Shown: in pieces, positions 1 to 9,446 of the stretch
How positions within the stretch are numbered: position 1 is the stretch's first letter
How the letters are laid out: each line of letters starts with the position of its first letter
From: an uncultured Verrucomicrobiae bacterium
GTDB taxonomy: Bacteria > Verrucomicrobiota > Verrucomicrobiia > Chthoniobacterales > JAATET01
Reading direction: 5' to 3'
DNA: 64,000 bases
Assembly (NCBI GenBank): GCA_963719495.1
Contig: CAVRCI010000002.1
Span: 416,001-480,000, forward strand
Notes under the pieces: generated by a model
What the model saw: only the letters and a program-made list of their open reading frames with translations
Told to the model about the DNA's origin: nothing
Database searches by the model: none
Translations under genes and position numbers: made by a program

Positions 1-2
1 CG

Positions 3-1355
3 GTGGATTTCTCCGGGCGCGTCGCGAAGACGAACCTCGTCTCGAACACCGCGTTTCGCGGCTTCGGCGGTCCGCAGGGGATGTTGGTGATGGAAGAGAT
101 TCTCGATCGTGTCGCGCGGGAGTTGGGTTTGCCGCCGGAGGTCGTGCGGGAGCGCAACCTTTACCGGGGCAGCGGCGAAACGAACACGACGCACTACGGA
201 CAGGAAATCGGCGACAATCGCGTGCGGGAAATGTGGGGCTCGCTCAAGGAGTCGGCGCGGCTCGCGGAGCGGCGGGCGGAAATTTCTCACTGGAACGCCG
301 GGAGCGCGATGGTGAAGCGGGGGATTGCGATGACGCCCGTGAAATTTGGGATTTCCTTCACCTACACGCCCTACAACCAGGCGGGCGCGCTCGTGCTCAT
401 TTACGCGGATGGGACCGTGCAGGTGAATCACGGCGGTACGGAGATGGGTCAGGGTCTGCACACGAAAATTCTTGGAATCGTGATGCGGGAGCTCGGCGTG
501 CCGCGCGAGCGGGTGCGGATGATGTTCACGCGCACCGACAAGGTGCCGAACACGTCGGCGACGGCGGCGTCGAGCGGCGCGGATCTCAACGGGGCGGCTG
601 TCGCCGATGCTTGCCGGAAGTTGGTGGAGCGGATGCGTCCGATCGCCGCGGAGATGCTGGGGGGCGGCGACCGGCCGCTGGTCTGGGGAGCAGGGAAAGT
701 TTGGTTCGAGGGCGACCCGGGAAAGACGTTGGAATTCCCACAGCTTTGCAATGCGATGCACATGCGACGCGTTTCGCTGTCGGCGACCGGGTTTTACAAG
801 ACGCCCGGGATCGAGTGGGACCGGGCCACGGGGAAAGGACGGCCATTTGCCTACTTCGCGTGCGGCGTGGCGGTGAGCGAGGTCGAGGTCGACGGGCGGA
901 CGGGGATGCACCGCGTGCTGCGGACGGACATTCTCCACGACGTCGGGGATTCGCTGAACGAGCGCGTCGACCGGGGCCAGATCGAGGGTGGGTTCGTGCA
1001 GGGAATGGGCTGGCTCACGCGGGAGGAACTGAAGTGGGACGGGGAGGGGAAGCTGCTGACGAGCGGGGCCAGCACTTACGCGATTCCGGCGTTCAGCGAT
1101 CGGCCGGTGGATTTTCGGGTGAGCCTGCTGCCGAACGCGCGGCAGGAGGGCGTGATCGGTGGGAGCAAGGCCGTGGGGGAGCCGCCGCTCATGCTCGCGA
1201 TCTCGGTGCGGGAGGCGATTCGCGACGCGGTCGCGGCGTTCGGCGGCGAGGGGCGGGTGGAATTGGCTTCGCCGGCCAGCGTGGAGCAGATCTGGTGGGC
1301 GGTGCGGCGGCGGTTGGACTCGGGTGAAATTTTAACCGCGGATGGCGCGGATTAA
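3..1355 (+). CDS. xdhB: Xanthine dehydrogenase molybdopterin-binding subunit, 5'-truncated by window edge
   Basis: Motifs AFRGFGGPQG, HGGTEMGQGL, PNTSATAASSG, DRGQIEGGFVQGMG, SKAVGEPP; adjacent to adenine deaminase. Confidence 0.95.
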   Translation: MDFSGRVAKTNLVSNTAFRGFGGPQGMLVMEEILDRVARELGLPPEVVRERNLYRGSGETNTTHYGQEIGDNRVREMWGSLKESARLAERRAEISHWNAGSAMVKRGIAMTPVKFGISFTYTPYNQAGALVLIYADGTVQVNHGGTEMGQGLHTKILGIVMRELGVPRERVRMMFTRTDKVPNTSATAASSGADLNGAAVADACRKLVERMRPIAAEMLGGGDRPLVWGAGKVWFEGDPGKTLEFPQLCNAMHMRRVSLSATGFYKTPGIEWDRATGKGRPFAYFACGVAVSEVEVDGRTGMHRVLRTDILHDVGDSLNERVDRGQIEGGFVQGMGWLTREELKWDGEGKLLTSGASTYAIPAFSDRPVDFRVSLLPNARQEGVIGGSKAVGEPPLMLAISVREAIRDAVAAFGGEGRVELASPASVEQIWWAVRRRLDSGEILTADGAD

Positions 1356-1362
1356 CGCGGAT
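1332..1362 (+). repeat. Left arm of CGCGGAT-periodic repeat (TTAACCGCGGATGGCGCGGATTAACGCGGAT)
   Basis: Three CGCGGAT cores at 9-10 bp spacing; near-identical copy at 1748-1778 and inverted copy at 1800-1830. Confidence 0.9.
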
Positions 1363-1741
1363 GATTCATGAGGATTTGAGCGGTGGGATTCTCGGAGCTT
1401 CGATGACGGTCCTGAATGCCCTGAAGCCGGGGTTGGATGAGAAGGTCTACGAGAATGCCTTGGTGGTCGAACTCCGGAAGCAGGGTCACGTCGTCGAACA
1501 GCAGCGGATTTTTCCGGTCCACTACGACGGGGTGTTGGTCGGGAAGCTGGTGCCGGATCTGATCGTCGATGGCTCCGTGATCGTGGACCCCAAAGTGGTG
1601 AGGGATTTTTCCGAATCTCATTTCGCGCAAATGATCGGATATCTCGCGATCACCGGGCTGGAATTGGCTCTTTTGGTGAACTTCAAATTCGCGCGCCTCG
1701 AATGGAAACGGGTTGTGCGTGAGCACCGGGCGGGTGGATGA
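1361..1741 (+). CDS. GxxExxY family protein (PD-(D/E)xK nuclease-like fold)
   Basis: 126 aa; GLDEKVY equals the GxxExxY motif; PDLIV...IVDPK; AQMIGYL...LLVNF C-terminal motif. Confidence 0.92.
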   Translation: MIHEDLSGGILGASMTVLNALKPGLDEKVYENALVVELRKQGHVVEQQRIFPVHYDGVLVGKLVPDLIVDGSVIVDPKVVRDFSESHFAQMIGYLAITGLELALLVNFKFARLEWKRVVREHRAGG

Positions 1742-1747
1742 GGTTTC

Positions 1748-1830
1748 TAACCGCGGATGGCGCGGATTTGCGCGGATGGTGTCCTGATTTTTTTTCATTA
1801 TCCGCGTTTATCCGCGTCATCCGCGGTTAA
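1748..1830. repeat. Direct copy (1748-1778) plus inverted copy (1800-1830) of the CGCGGAT repeat, forming a long hairpin
   Basis: TAACCGCGGATGGCGCGGATTTGCGCGGATG ... ATCCGCGTTTATCCGCGTCATCCGCGGTTAA. Confidence 0.9.
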
Positions 1831-1839
1831 ATTCATTCC

Positions 1840-3441
1840 ATGCAGGTTATTTCGGGGCAGTTCGTGGATTTGGTGGCGCGGGAGATTTATCCGGCGGCGG
1901 TGACGGTTTTTGATGGGAGGATCGCGGCGATTGCGCGGGTCGAGGAGGCGGTGGGTGGGTTTCTCATTCCAGGCTTCGTGGATGCTCACGTTCACGTGGA
2001 GAGTTCGATGCTGCCGCCCTGCGAGTTCGCTCGGATCGCGGTGCGGCATGGATCGGTTGGGTCGGTGAGCGATCCGCACGAGATTGCGAACGTGCTGGGG
2101 GTCGAGGGGGTGGCGTTCATGTTGGCGGAAGGGGCGCGGACGCCTTTCAAGTTCTGCTTCGGTGCGCCGAGTTGCGTGCCGGCGACGACGTTCGAGACGG
2201 CGGGGGCGGAATTGGACATCAATGCGGTGGCGGCGCTGCTGGCGCGGGACGACGTGGGGTATCTGAGCGAGGTGATGAATTGGCCGGGCGTGCTGGGCGG
2301 CGATCCCGGGATGATCGCGAAGATCGCGGCAGCGAAGGCGGTCGGGAAGCGGGTCGACGGCCACGCGCCGGGGTTGCGCGGAGACGATGCGCGGGCTTAC
2401 GCGGCGGCGGGGATCGAGACCGACCACGAGTGTTTCACGCTGGACGAGGCATTGGATAAGATCGACGCCGGGATGCAGATCGCGATCCGCGAGGGATCGG
2501 CGGCGAAGAATTTCGAGGCGCTCGAGCCGCTGCTCACGTCGCACCCGGATTCGTGCATGCTGTGTTCCGACGACGTGCACCCGAACGCGCTCGTCCGCGG
2601 CCACATCGATCGCCTGGTGGCGCGGGCCGTGGCGGGCGGCGCGGACGTGTTCGACGTGCTGCGGGCCGCGTGCGTCCGCCCGGTCGAACACTACGGGCTA
2701 CCGATCGGCCGGCTGCGGGTGGGGGACGCGGCGGACTTCGCGATCGTGGAGGATCTCGTCGATTTTCGAGTTCGGGAGACTTGGATCGATGGCGCTTGTG
2801 TGGCCAGGAATGGAACGTCGCTGATCGAGCGTCGGGAAGTGCTCGAGGTCGTGAATCGGTTCGAGGCGAACGAAGTCGCGGCGTCGGATCTCGCGGTCGA
2901 CGCGGAGCGGGTGAACGTGATCGTCGCCCGCGACGGGCAGCTGATCACCGGCGCCGAGGTTGCCGACGTCTCGGATTCGGATGTTCTCAAGATCGTGGTC
3001 GTGAACCGCTACGCCGCGGCGGAGCCAGCCGTCGGTTTTGTCCGCGGATTCGGACTCAAACGCGGAGCGATCGCGTCCACGGTCGCGCACGATTCGCACA
3101 ACGTCGTGGCGGTCGGAACGACTGACGAGGAGTTGGCAATCGCGATCAACGCGGTGATGCGGTCGCGAGGCGGGATTTGCGCGGTCGCTGGGGAGGACAT
3201 TCGATTGCTGCCGCTGGAGATCGCCGGACTGATGGCGACGGGCGACGGGGACGAGGTGGCGGCGGCCTACGAGCGGATCGCGGAGTTCGCGACGAACGAG
3301 CTCGGATCGACGCTGCGCGACCCGTTCATGACGCTTTCGTTCATGGCGCTGCTCGTGATCCCGAATCTAAAGATGAGCGACCGGGGACTGTTTTCCGGCG
3401 CGGCGTTCGAGTTTCGTGACGTGGTCGTCCAGAATGGCTGA
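1840..3441 (+). CDS. ade: Adenine deaminase
   Basis: PGFVDAHVHVESSML, DPHEIANV, EVMNWPG, DGHAPG, TDHEC, AHDSHN motifs. Confidence 0.95.
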   Translation: MQVISGQFVDLVAREIYPAAVTVFDGRIAAIARVEEAVGGFLIPGFVDAHVHVESSMLPPCEFARIAVRHGSVGSVSDPHEIANVLGVEGVAFMLAEGARTPFKFCFGAPSCVPATTFETAGAELDINAVAALLARDDVGYLSEVMNWPGVLGGDPGMIAKIAAAKAVGKRVDGHAPGLRGDDARAYAAAGIETDHECFTLDEALDKIDAGMQIAIREGSAAKNFEALEPLLTSHPDSCMLCSDDVHPNALVRGHIDRLVARAVAGGADVFDVLRAACVRPVEHYGLPIGRLRVGDAADFAIVEDLVDFRVRETWIDGACVARNGTSLIERREVLEVVNRFEANEVAASDLAVDAERVNVIVARDGQLITGAEVADVSDSDVLKIVVVNRYAAAEPAVGFVRGFGLKRGAIASTVAHDSHNVVAVGTTDEELAIAINAVMRSRGGICAVAGEDIRLLPLEIAGLMATGDGDEVAAAYERIAEFATNELGSTLRDPFMTLSFMALLVIPNLKMSDRGLFSGAAFEFRDVVVQNG

Positions 3442-3521
3442 CCTTAGCGGAGAGTAAGAAGCCAGAGATGTTTCGCTTCGCTGCCAGGCTGGGGGGAGGC
3501 AAAGACTACGCCTTGGGAAGA

Positions 3522-4268
3522 CTACGCCTTGGGAGCCTCGGATTTCATGATGTCGGGCGCGATCTTTTGGATGAAGTCTTCGAGCATCTCGAGGGTCTCG
3601 GCCTCGTTCTTACCGTTCGGTTTGAATCGATCCAGGATGGTCGAACTTGCGATCACGTAGGCCCAACGGTGGTTGGTATTGGTGAGGAGGACGTCGAGGT
3701 TGGTCTTGAGGACGCGGACGAGGTGGCTGGCCGTGACCGTGTCCTTTCCGACGAACCAATAGAGGTAAATGCTGTCGAGCTCGGCGGTTTTCCCGTCGAC
3801 CTCGATGGGGCGCGAGATCCGGAGCATCGTGACCGGGAGTTTCGAGCCGCTGGGGAGATCGATCCGAAGGGTTTCGGTTGATTTGATCGTCCAGCCCTGG
3901 CCGGGCAGACAGAGTTCAGGGCGGTGGATGCTTCGACGTTCAGCTCCAGCGAGGACGATCTGAGCGTTGACCGAGTCGCCCTGAGCGTCCGAGTAGAGCA
4001 TTTTCTGAAATTCCGTATCGTCCGGGAGGACAATGCGTTCCGCTTCGGACACTTCCTGCGGGATCCCGGCGAAATCGCCGACGGTCGAGGGCAGGTTCAT
4101 CTGAATGCCGGTCTCGGGTCCCGCCACGATGGAACTCCCCCCCAGTAGACAGAATGCGATCACGCCCGCGGTGAGCGTGAGAAGGACGGCTCCGGTTGCA
4201 AGCAAACGCCGGAAGCCCGGGAAAGTCGCGGTCGGGGAACTTGCGATGGAGTGGATGTCAGTAGGCAT
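3522..4268 (-). CDS. Exosortase-associated EpsI family protein (start reassigned to ATG 4268)
   Basis: N-terminal TM segment; SIHRPELCLPGQGW motif; YLYWFVG; overlaps the exosortase stop. Confidence 0.85.
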   Translation of the reverse strand: MPTDIHSIASSPTATFPGFRRLLATGAVLLTLTAGVIAFCLLGGSSIVAGPETGIQMNLPSTVGDFAGIPQEVSEAERIVLPDDTEFQKMLYSDAQGDSVNAQIVLAGAERRSIHRPELCLPGQGWTIKSTETLRIDLPSGSKLPVTMLRISRPIEVDGKTAELDSIYLYWFVGKDTVTASHLVRVLKTNLDVLLTNTNHRWAYVIASSTILDRFKPNGKNEAETLEMLEDFIQKIAPDIMKSEAPKA

Positions 4269-5310
4269 CTTCGAAGTTTGTTTTGCTCTGGATCCCGGTG
4301 TGGCGGCGCCCTGGAGCGGGTTTCTCATGGTGGAACGCTTCCCGCACGCGGGCGGTGGCGTTCTGGATTGCACTGGACCAATTCATCATGAGCAGGTGAC
4401 CGAGGCCGAGCATCCCGGCCAAGGCGACCACGAAGACGGCGTAGCCGGCAGCGTGGTGAAAGACGGTGGGGTGCTCGAGCGATCCGATGGCAAATTCCGG
4501 ACCAAACGCGATGGTTCCCAAAGTGAGCAACATGATGCGCGCCATGTTGCCAACCACCGCCAGCGGGACGGCGCAGGCAAAGAGTAGCCACTGTTTCCAC
4601 ACGGGCCGCACGGCGAACCAAGCGTAGAGAGCTGTCACCATGGTCAGCGCGAAGAGGGACCTGATGCCGCTGCACGGATCGGCAACGTCCACGGAAAATC
4701 CCGAACCCCGCGGGAGCTGGAGGAGCGCGTTCGGAGCGGAAAGGATTGCGGTGCCTTGTTGGACGGTCGCGATGCCGAGGCCATTGAGCAGGACGACGCT
4801 GGCGTCCGACATGATGAGGCGGAGTCGGAAGGCCAGCATAGTCTCAAGGAAAATGAGCGGGAGCGCGAAGCAGAGAAACGCCCACGGGAAAGCCAACTCG
4901 CGCATCCAGCGCCAGCCGAAGATAAGAATGATCCCGCCGAGGAGGATCAACATCAGCGACGTGATGCCGATGAAGTAATTGTCGACGCGGTAACCCACCC
5001 AGTAGCTGAACAGACCGAACGCGAGCGGCAGGACTCCCAGGAAAGCGCCGCGCACGGGCAGCGCCGCCAAGCTCTCCCGTTTTCGCCACACCAGAAACGC
5101 GACGATTCCGGGCACGAGAAAACAGTGTTGCCATTCCTCGCCCCGCCAAAACTTGAAGGTGTAATAGGTGAGCGGAAAGCGATCCGGACTGTAGCCAGTG
5201 GCGTAGGGGACGGCCGCGAACAGCACCGCAAAAACCGCTAGAACGAGGACGGATCCAATCCAAGCGGCGCGATATTTCGGAGACAGGAGGAGAGACTTGA
5301 AGGTGGACAC
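4258..5310 (-). CDS. Exosortase (EpsH family) transpeptidase
   Basis: Multi-TM; VADPCSGIRSL (catalytic Cys), NMARI (Arg), FHH (His). Confidence 0.92.
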   Translation of the reverse strand: MSTFKSLLLSPKYRAAWIGSVLVLAVFAVLFAAVPYATGYSPDRFPLTYYTFKFWRGEEWQHCFLVPGIVAFLVWRKRESLAALPVRGAFLGVLPLAFGLFSYWVGYRVDNYFIGITSLMLILLGGIILIFGWRWMRELAFPWAFLCFALPLIFLETMLAFRLRLIMSDASVVLLNGLGIATVQQGTAILSAPNALLQLPRGSGFSVDVADPCSGIRSLFALTMVTALYAWFAVRPVWKQWLLFACAVPLAVVGNMARIMLLTLGTIAFGPEFAIGSLEHPTVFHHAAGYAVFVVALAGMLGLGHLLMMNWSSAIQNATARVREAFHHEKPAPGRRHTGIQSKTNFEDAY

Positions 5311-5485
5311 AAGATGCTTGCCTCAGATGATGACAGAAAAGCGGGACATTGCCAGCGACGGAAATTCCGTCTCTGCCTCCCTGCGATCGGGGTGGGAGGG
5401 TCACGCGATGCGATGCGGCTTTCCGCGGGGTTCGCGAGCGGATTCAGGCTTGAATGTCGTCCCGAATGATCCAGTTTTCGACGCG

Positions 5486-6268
5486 ATGAAGGAACGAGCC
5501 CCGGCCCCGCGCGTCAACATTCTCGGCGTGGGTGTGAGCGCAGTTTCCCTGTATCAGGCGACCCGCCTCATCGTCGACGGATTGGCTGGGGGCGCGCGCG
5601 GCTACGTCACCGTGACGGGCGTGCATGGGGTGACCGAAGCTCAGACCGACCCCAAATTTCGAACGATCCTCAACGAAGCGTGGATGACGACGCCCGACGG
5701 GATGCCGCTTTCTTGGATCGGGCGTTCCCAGGGTTTCGGCTCGATGGATCGGGTTTACGGGCCGGATCTGATGTTGCAGGTCTTTGCCGCCACCCAGGAT
5801 GGATCGGTCCGGCATTTTTTCTACGGGGGCAATGACGGAGTCGCGGAGGATCTCAAGTCGGCCATGGAGAACCGATTTCCCGGCGTCAATGTCTGTGGGA
5901 CCCTTACGCCGCCGTTCCGACCGCTGACCGACGAGGAAGAGTATGGATTGAGCGAAAGCGTACGGGCCTGTCGCCCCGATCTTCTCTGGATTGGCCTGAG
6001 CACGCCGAAGCAGGAACGCTTCATGGCATCCCACCTTGGGAAACTCGACGTTCAAATGATGGTCGGGGTGGGGGCGGCGTTCGATTTTCACACCGGACGA
6101 GTTTCCCAGGCTCCGTATTGGATGCAGATGGCCGGTTTGGAGTGGCTCTACCGGCTGTGCCACGAACCCCGGCGTCTCGGCCGAAGGTATCTGGTCAATA
6201 ATCCCTTGTTCATTGTCCGGATGATTGGGCAATATTGCGGGTTCCAACGGCAATTGCCGTTCAACTGA
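5486..6268 (+). CDS. WecB/TagA/CpsF family glycosyltransferase (start reassigned to ATG 5486)
   Basis: TPDGMPL, RVYGPDL, IGLSTPKQE, GVGAAFDF, GLEWLYRL..EPRRL..RY. Confidence 0.93.
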   Translation: MKERAPAPRVNILGVGVSAVSLYQATRLIVDGLAGGARGYVTVTGVHGVTEAQTDPKFRTILNEAWMTTPDGMPLSWIGRSQGFGSMDRVYGPDLMLQVFAATQDGSVRHFFYGGNDGVAEDLKSAMENRFPGVNVCGTLTPPFRPLTDEEEYGLSESVRACRPDLLWIGLSTPKQERFMASHLGKLDVQMMVGVGAAFDFHTGRVSQAPYWMQMAGLEWLYRLCHEPRRLGRRYLVNNPLFIVRMIGQYCGFQRQLPFN

Positions 6269-6301
6269 GGTCCGTTTAGGGCCCTCGAAACCTTTATTCT
6301 T

Positions 6302-7297
6302 ATGTCGAACAGTTCACTCATCGTTGTCACCGGAGCCGGCGGGTTTATCGGCGGTCACCTCGTTCGGGCGCTGTGGAACGACGGCCATCGAAACATTCGG
6401 GCGGTCGACAAGAAGCCGCTGGACGAATGGTTTCAAGCCCTCGACGGCGTGGAAAATGTCGTGCTCGATTTGCAGCTGCTCGAAGCGTGCCACGCCGCGG
6501 TGAAAGATGCCGGGATCGTCTACAACCTGGCCGCCGACATGGGCGGGATGGGTTTCATCGAGTTGAACAAGGCCCTGTGCATGCTGAGCGTGTTGATCAA
6601 CACGCACTTGCTGGTCGCCGCCAAGGAGGCCGGGGTCGAGCGGTATTTTTACGCCTCTTCCGCGTGCGTCTACGCCGCGGACAAGCAAGTCGACACGGCG
6701 GTGACCGCTTTGAAGGAGTCGGACGCTTATCCCGCGATGCCGGAGGACGGGTATGGCTGGGAAAAATTATTCAGCGAGCGGATGTGCCGCCATTACCAGG
6801 AAGATTTTGGTCTCGTGACGCGGGTTGCGCGATACCACAACGTTTACGGCCCGGAGGGAACCTACGACGGCGGCCGGGAGAAAGCGCCCGCGGCGATCTG
6901 CCGTAAGGTGATCGAAGCAAAATTGTCCGGCAATCACGAGATCGAAATTTGGGGCGACGGCGAGCAGACGCGTAGCTTCCAATTCATCGACGATTGCGTG
7001 AAGGGAACCCGGATGTTGATGGAGAGCGATTTCAGTGATCCCATCAATCTGGGGAGCAGCGAAATGGTCTCGATCAATCAGCTGGTCGACATCGTCGAAG
7101 AAATCGCGGGGATCAAATTGGAGCGAAAATACAATCTTTCGGCTCCCAAGGGTGTCAACGGACGAAACAGCGACAACGAATTGATTCAAGAGGTTCTCGG
7201 ATGGGAACCCTCGACGCGCTTGAAGGACGGACTCGCGATCACCTACCAGTGGATTCTCGAGGAAATCGAGAAGAAGAGCGTTCACGAGATGGCCTGA
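6302..7297 (+). CDS. NAD-dependent epimerase, GDP-mannose 3,5-epimerase-like
   Basis: TGAGGFIG, ADMGGMGFI, ASSACVY, YGWEK, GGREKAPAAICRK. Confidence 0.85.
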   Translation: MSNSSLIVVTGAGGFIGGHLVRALWNDGHRNIRAVDKKPLDEWFQALDGVENVVLDLQLLEACHAAVKDAGIVYNLAADMGGMGFIELNKALCMLSVLINTHLLVAAKEAGVERYFYASSACVYAADKQVDTAVTALKESDAYPAMPEDGYGWEKLFSERMCRHYQEDFGLVTRVARYHNVYGPEGTYDGGREKAPAAICRKVIEAKLSGNHEIEIWGDGEQTRSFQFIDDCVKGTRMLMESDFSDPINLGSSEMVSINQLVDIVEEIAGIKLERKYNLSAPKGVNGRNSDNELIQEVLGWEPSTRLKDGLAITYQWILEEIEKKSVHEMA

Positions 7298-7453
7298 GAT
7301 TTTCAGGTGTTCGAAGTGGGTCGGATACCGGCTCGTCTTTTCTCCGCCTGCTCGCTCGATTCCCGTCCCAAACTCAAGAGATCGTTCAGCCCGCGCAATC
7401 CTGGGCTCGTCTCTACGCTGGACATCATGGAGAGGCTGGGATCTTTACAGTGA

Positions 7454-9292
7454 ATGCTTTCATCTCCTCGCCAAGTTCCAAAGTGGGCTTTGTTGTTGCT
7501 CCTGCTAGGAACGGTTGTCGGCCTCGGATTGGTGGTCGGTCCAATCATGCACGAGTCCGACCAGGCGTCGTTCCTGCGGGGAGCGGAGCGCTTGAGTTCT
7601 GGAAAGGATTCGCCGTGGGCGGCGTCGTTTTACAATTACGATAAGCAATTCGGGGCGTATTGGATCGTTGCGGCGGTGCGATGGGCGGCTCCCGGCGCGG
7701 ATCTGGTGCTCCTGGGCAATGTCGTGAGCTTCGCGATTTTCTGGGGAGGTTTGGCGGTGTTGTTGGTTGTCCGCCCATGCCGGAGCTGGCTGCAGGTGGC
7801 GGCGGTGGCCAGCTGTTTTCTGGCACCCGCGTATCTCATCCACACGCCGTTTCTGGCGTCGGCCTTCATGGCCAATGGATTTTTGTTTCTCGCGGCGGCT
7901 TGCTGGGGTGGGGGACGCTTTCGGCTCTCGCGGCGGATGGGTTCGCTGGTGGCGCTGGCGTTGGCGACCGCGTGCCGGGCGGATGCGCTTCTCGTGCTGC
8001 CACTCTTCGCGTGGCTGGTGATCCCGGTGAGCGGACCGATGGGGTGGCTGCGGCGGAAATGGGTTTACGCGATCGCGTTTTCCGGGATCGTCGTTGTGGT
8101 GTTGGGTCGGTGGGTTTATTCCGGCGATCCGATCGACCTTCATCCGCCGTTTTTCTATCCAAAGATTTTTGCGGCGTTCTTCGTGTTTGGAATGGGGGCC
8201 GCGGCGCTCGTCTCGGCACTCCTCGGGGCGAGGCTGCTCGGGGTGGCGATCCGACGGATGCGCCGGGGGCCGCGGCTGGCAATTTTCTACGCCGGGGGCC
8301 TTGTCGCGCTGTTTGTCCCGATGGGATATTACTCGGTGCAATTGTTCTCACCGCGCTACTGGGCGGTTTTTCTGGCGGGGATGATCCTGTTTCTTGCGAG
8401 TCGCCGGGGCGAGCGATTGCTGCGTTCGATTGCGGGCCGTTGGCAACTGCCAATGGCGATCGCTCTAATGATCGCGTCGCTGGCACCGGTGTGGGTCGGT
8501 GTTCGGTTGCCGGATATGCGGCATCCCGCTCTGACTTCGAATTCTCCGACCCTTTTCCCTTCGGCGGATGGCTGGATTCCGATGGGTGCCTTTGCGAGTC
8601 ATTTGGCTCGAACGCGGTCGGGTGCGGAGGGTGGCGTCGATCACAATCAGGCGACGTGGTTGGCGGCAATGTCGGCGGATTACGGTGAGGGATCCGGCGC
8701 GGTCCCGGTGCTGCAGACTCCGCTCCAGACCTACCTCGAATTGGCGATCGAGCTGAAGGGGCGGACGTGGCGACAGTCCCGCGATGGGGATCCGACGATG
8801 ATGACGGACCTTCGGCAGCTGCTTCGTGAAAACAACGCCTTCACGGGACTAGCGGATCAGGATGTCGGTGCGTTGCGGTCGGTTTATGGCATCGAGGTGG
8901 TCTCGGACGTCGTGGATGGCTATTGCATCGTGCGCCTCGAGCGGGGGGCGGCGACCTCGCCGGAGGTCGAACGGCTGTTCGGGCTGAGTCGTTTGTTCGG
9001 CGGGAACGAATTCGAGCTGATCGATGGGGGCGGTGAAATCTCGGAGCGCCTCGGCGGACCGGAATGGGCGGGCAAATCGGTCGTGCTCTACGGTCCGGTT
9101 GCATTCACGGTCGAGACGACGGGACCGGATGGAATCCCGAGGAGCGTCACGGCCAAGAAGGACGCGGATATTGGCTACGGCCTCGTTTTGACCGGGGCCG
9201 ACCGGCTGGAAGCGAGTTTTTCCGTGGCGGGAAGCCTGCCGCGGGCCGCGGTCGCGAGACTGCCGGACTACATGAGGGTCCAGGGGCTCTAG
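7454..9292 (+). CDS. Polytopic membrane protein, possible GT-C-fold glycosyltransferase with C-terminal extracytoplasmic domain
   Basis: About 10-11 hydrophobic segments; acidic ESD motif in loop after TM1; CRAD motif; located in polysaccharide locus. Confidence 0.55.
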   Translation: MLSSPRQVPKWALLLLLLGTVVGLGLVVGPIMHESDQASFLRGAERLSSGKDSPWAASFYNYDKQFGAYWIVAAVRWAAPGADLVLLGNVVSFAIFWGGLAVLLVVRPCRSWLQVAAVASCFLAPAYLIHTPFLASAFMANGFLFLAAACWGGGRFRLSRRMGSLVALALATACRADALLVLPLFAWLVIPVSGPMGWLRRKWVYAIAFSGIVVVVLGRWVYSGDPIDLHPPFFYPKIFAAFFVFGMGAAALVSALLGARLLGVAIRRMRRGPRLAIFYAGGLVALFVPMGYYSVQLFSPRYWAVFLAGMILFLASRRGERLLRSIAGRWQLPMAIALMIASLAPVWVGVRLPDMRHPALTSNSPTLFPSADGWIPMGAFASHLARTRSGAEGGVDHNQATWLAAMSADYGEGSGAVPVLQTPLQTYLELAIELKGRTWRQSRDGDPTMMTDLRQLLRENNAFTGLADQDVGALRSVYGIEVVSDVVDGYCIVRLERGAATSPEVERLFGLSRLFGGNEFELIDGGGEISERLGGPEWAGKSVVLYGPVAFTVETTGPDGIPRSVTAKKDADIGYGLVLTGADRLEASFSVAGSLPRAAVARLPDYMRVQGL

Positions 9293-9430
9293 AGCATTTC
9301 TAGTAATGGCGTGGCAGCTCAGAGCTATTGTGGTCGCCGTGTCGGCGACTTGGCGCTTGTGTGACGTGACTACTACGTCCAGAGAATGCGTCGCAAAGCG
9401 ACGCGACTACAGAATTCTTAAAAATGCTCT
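9291..9430. mobile_element. ~140 bp MITE/REPIN-like element
   Basis: Terminal inverted repeats AGAGCATTT...AAATGCTCT (14/17 when extended); internal inverted GTGG- and GTAG-headed hairpins at 9329-9349 and 9388-9411. Confidence 0.6.
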
Positions 9431-9446
9431 CTTTGGTCAAGTTCGG

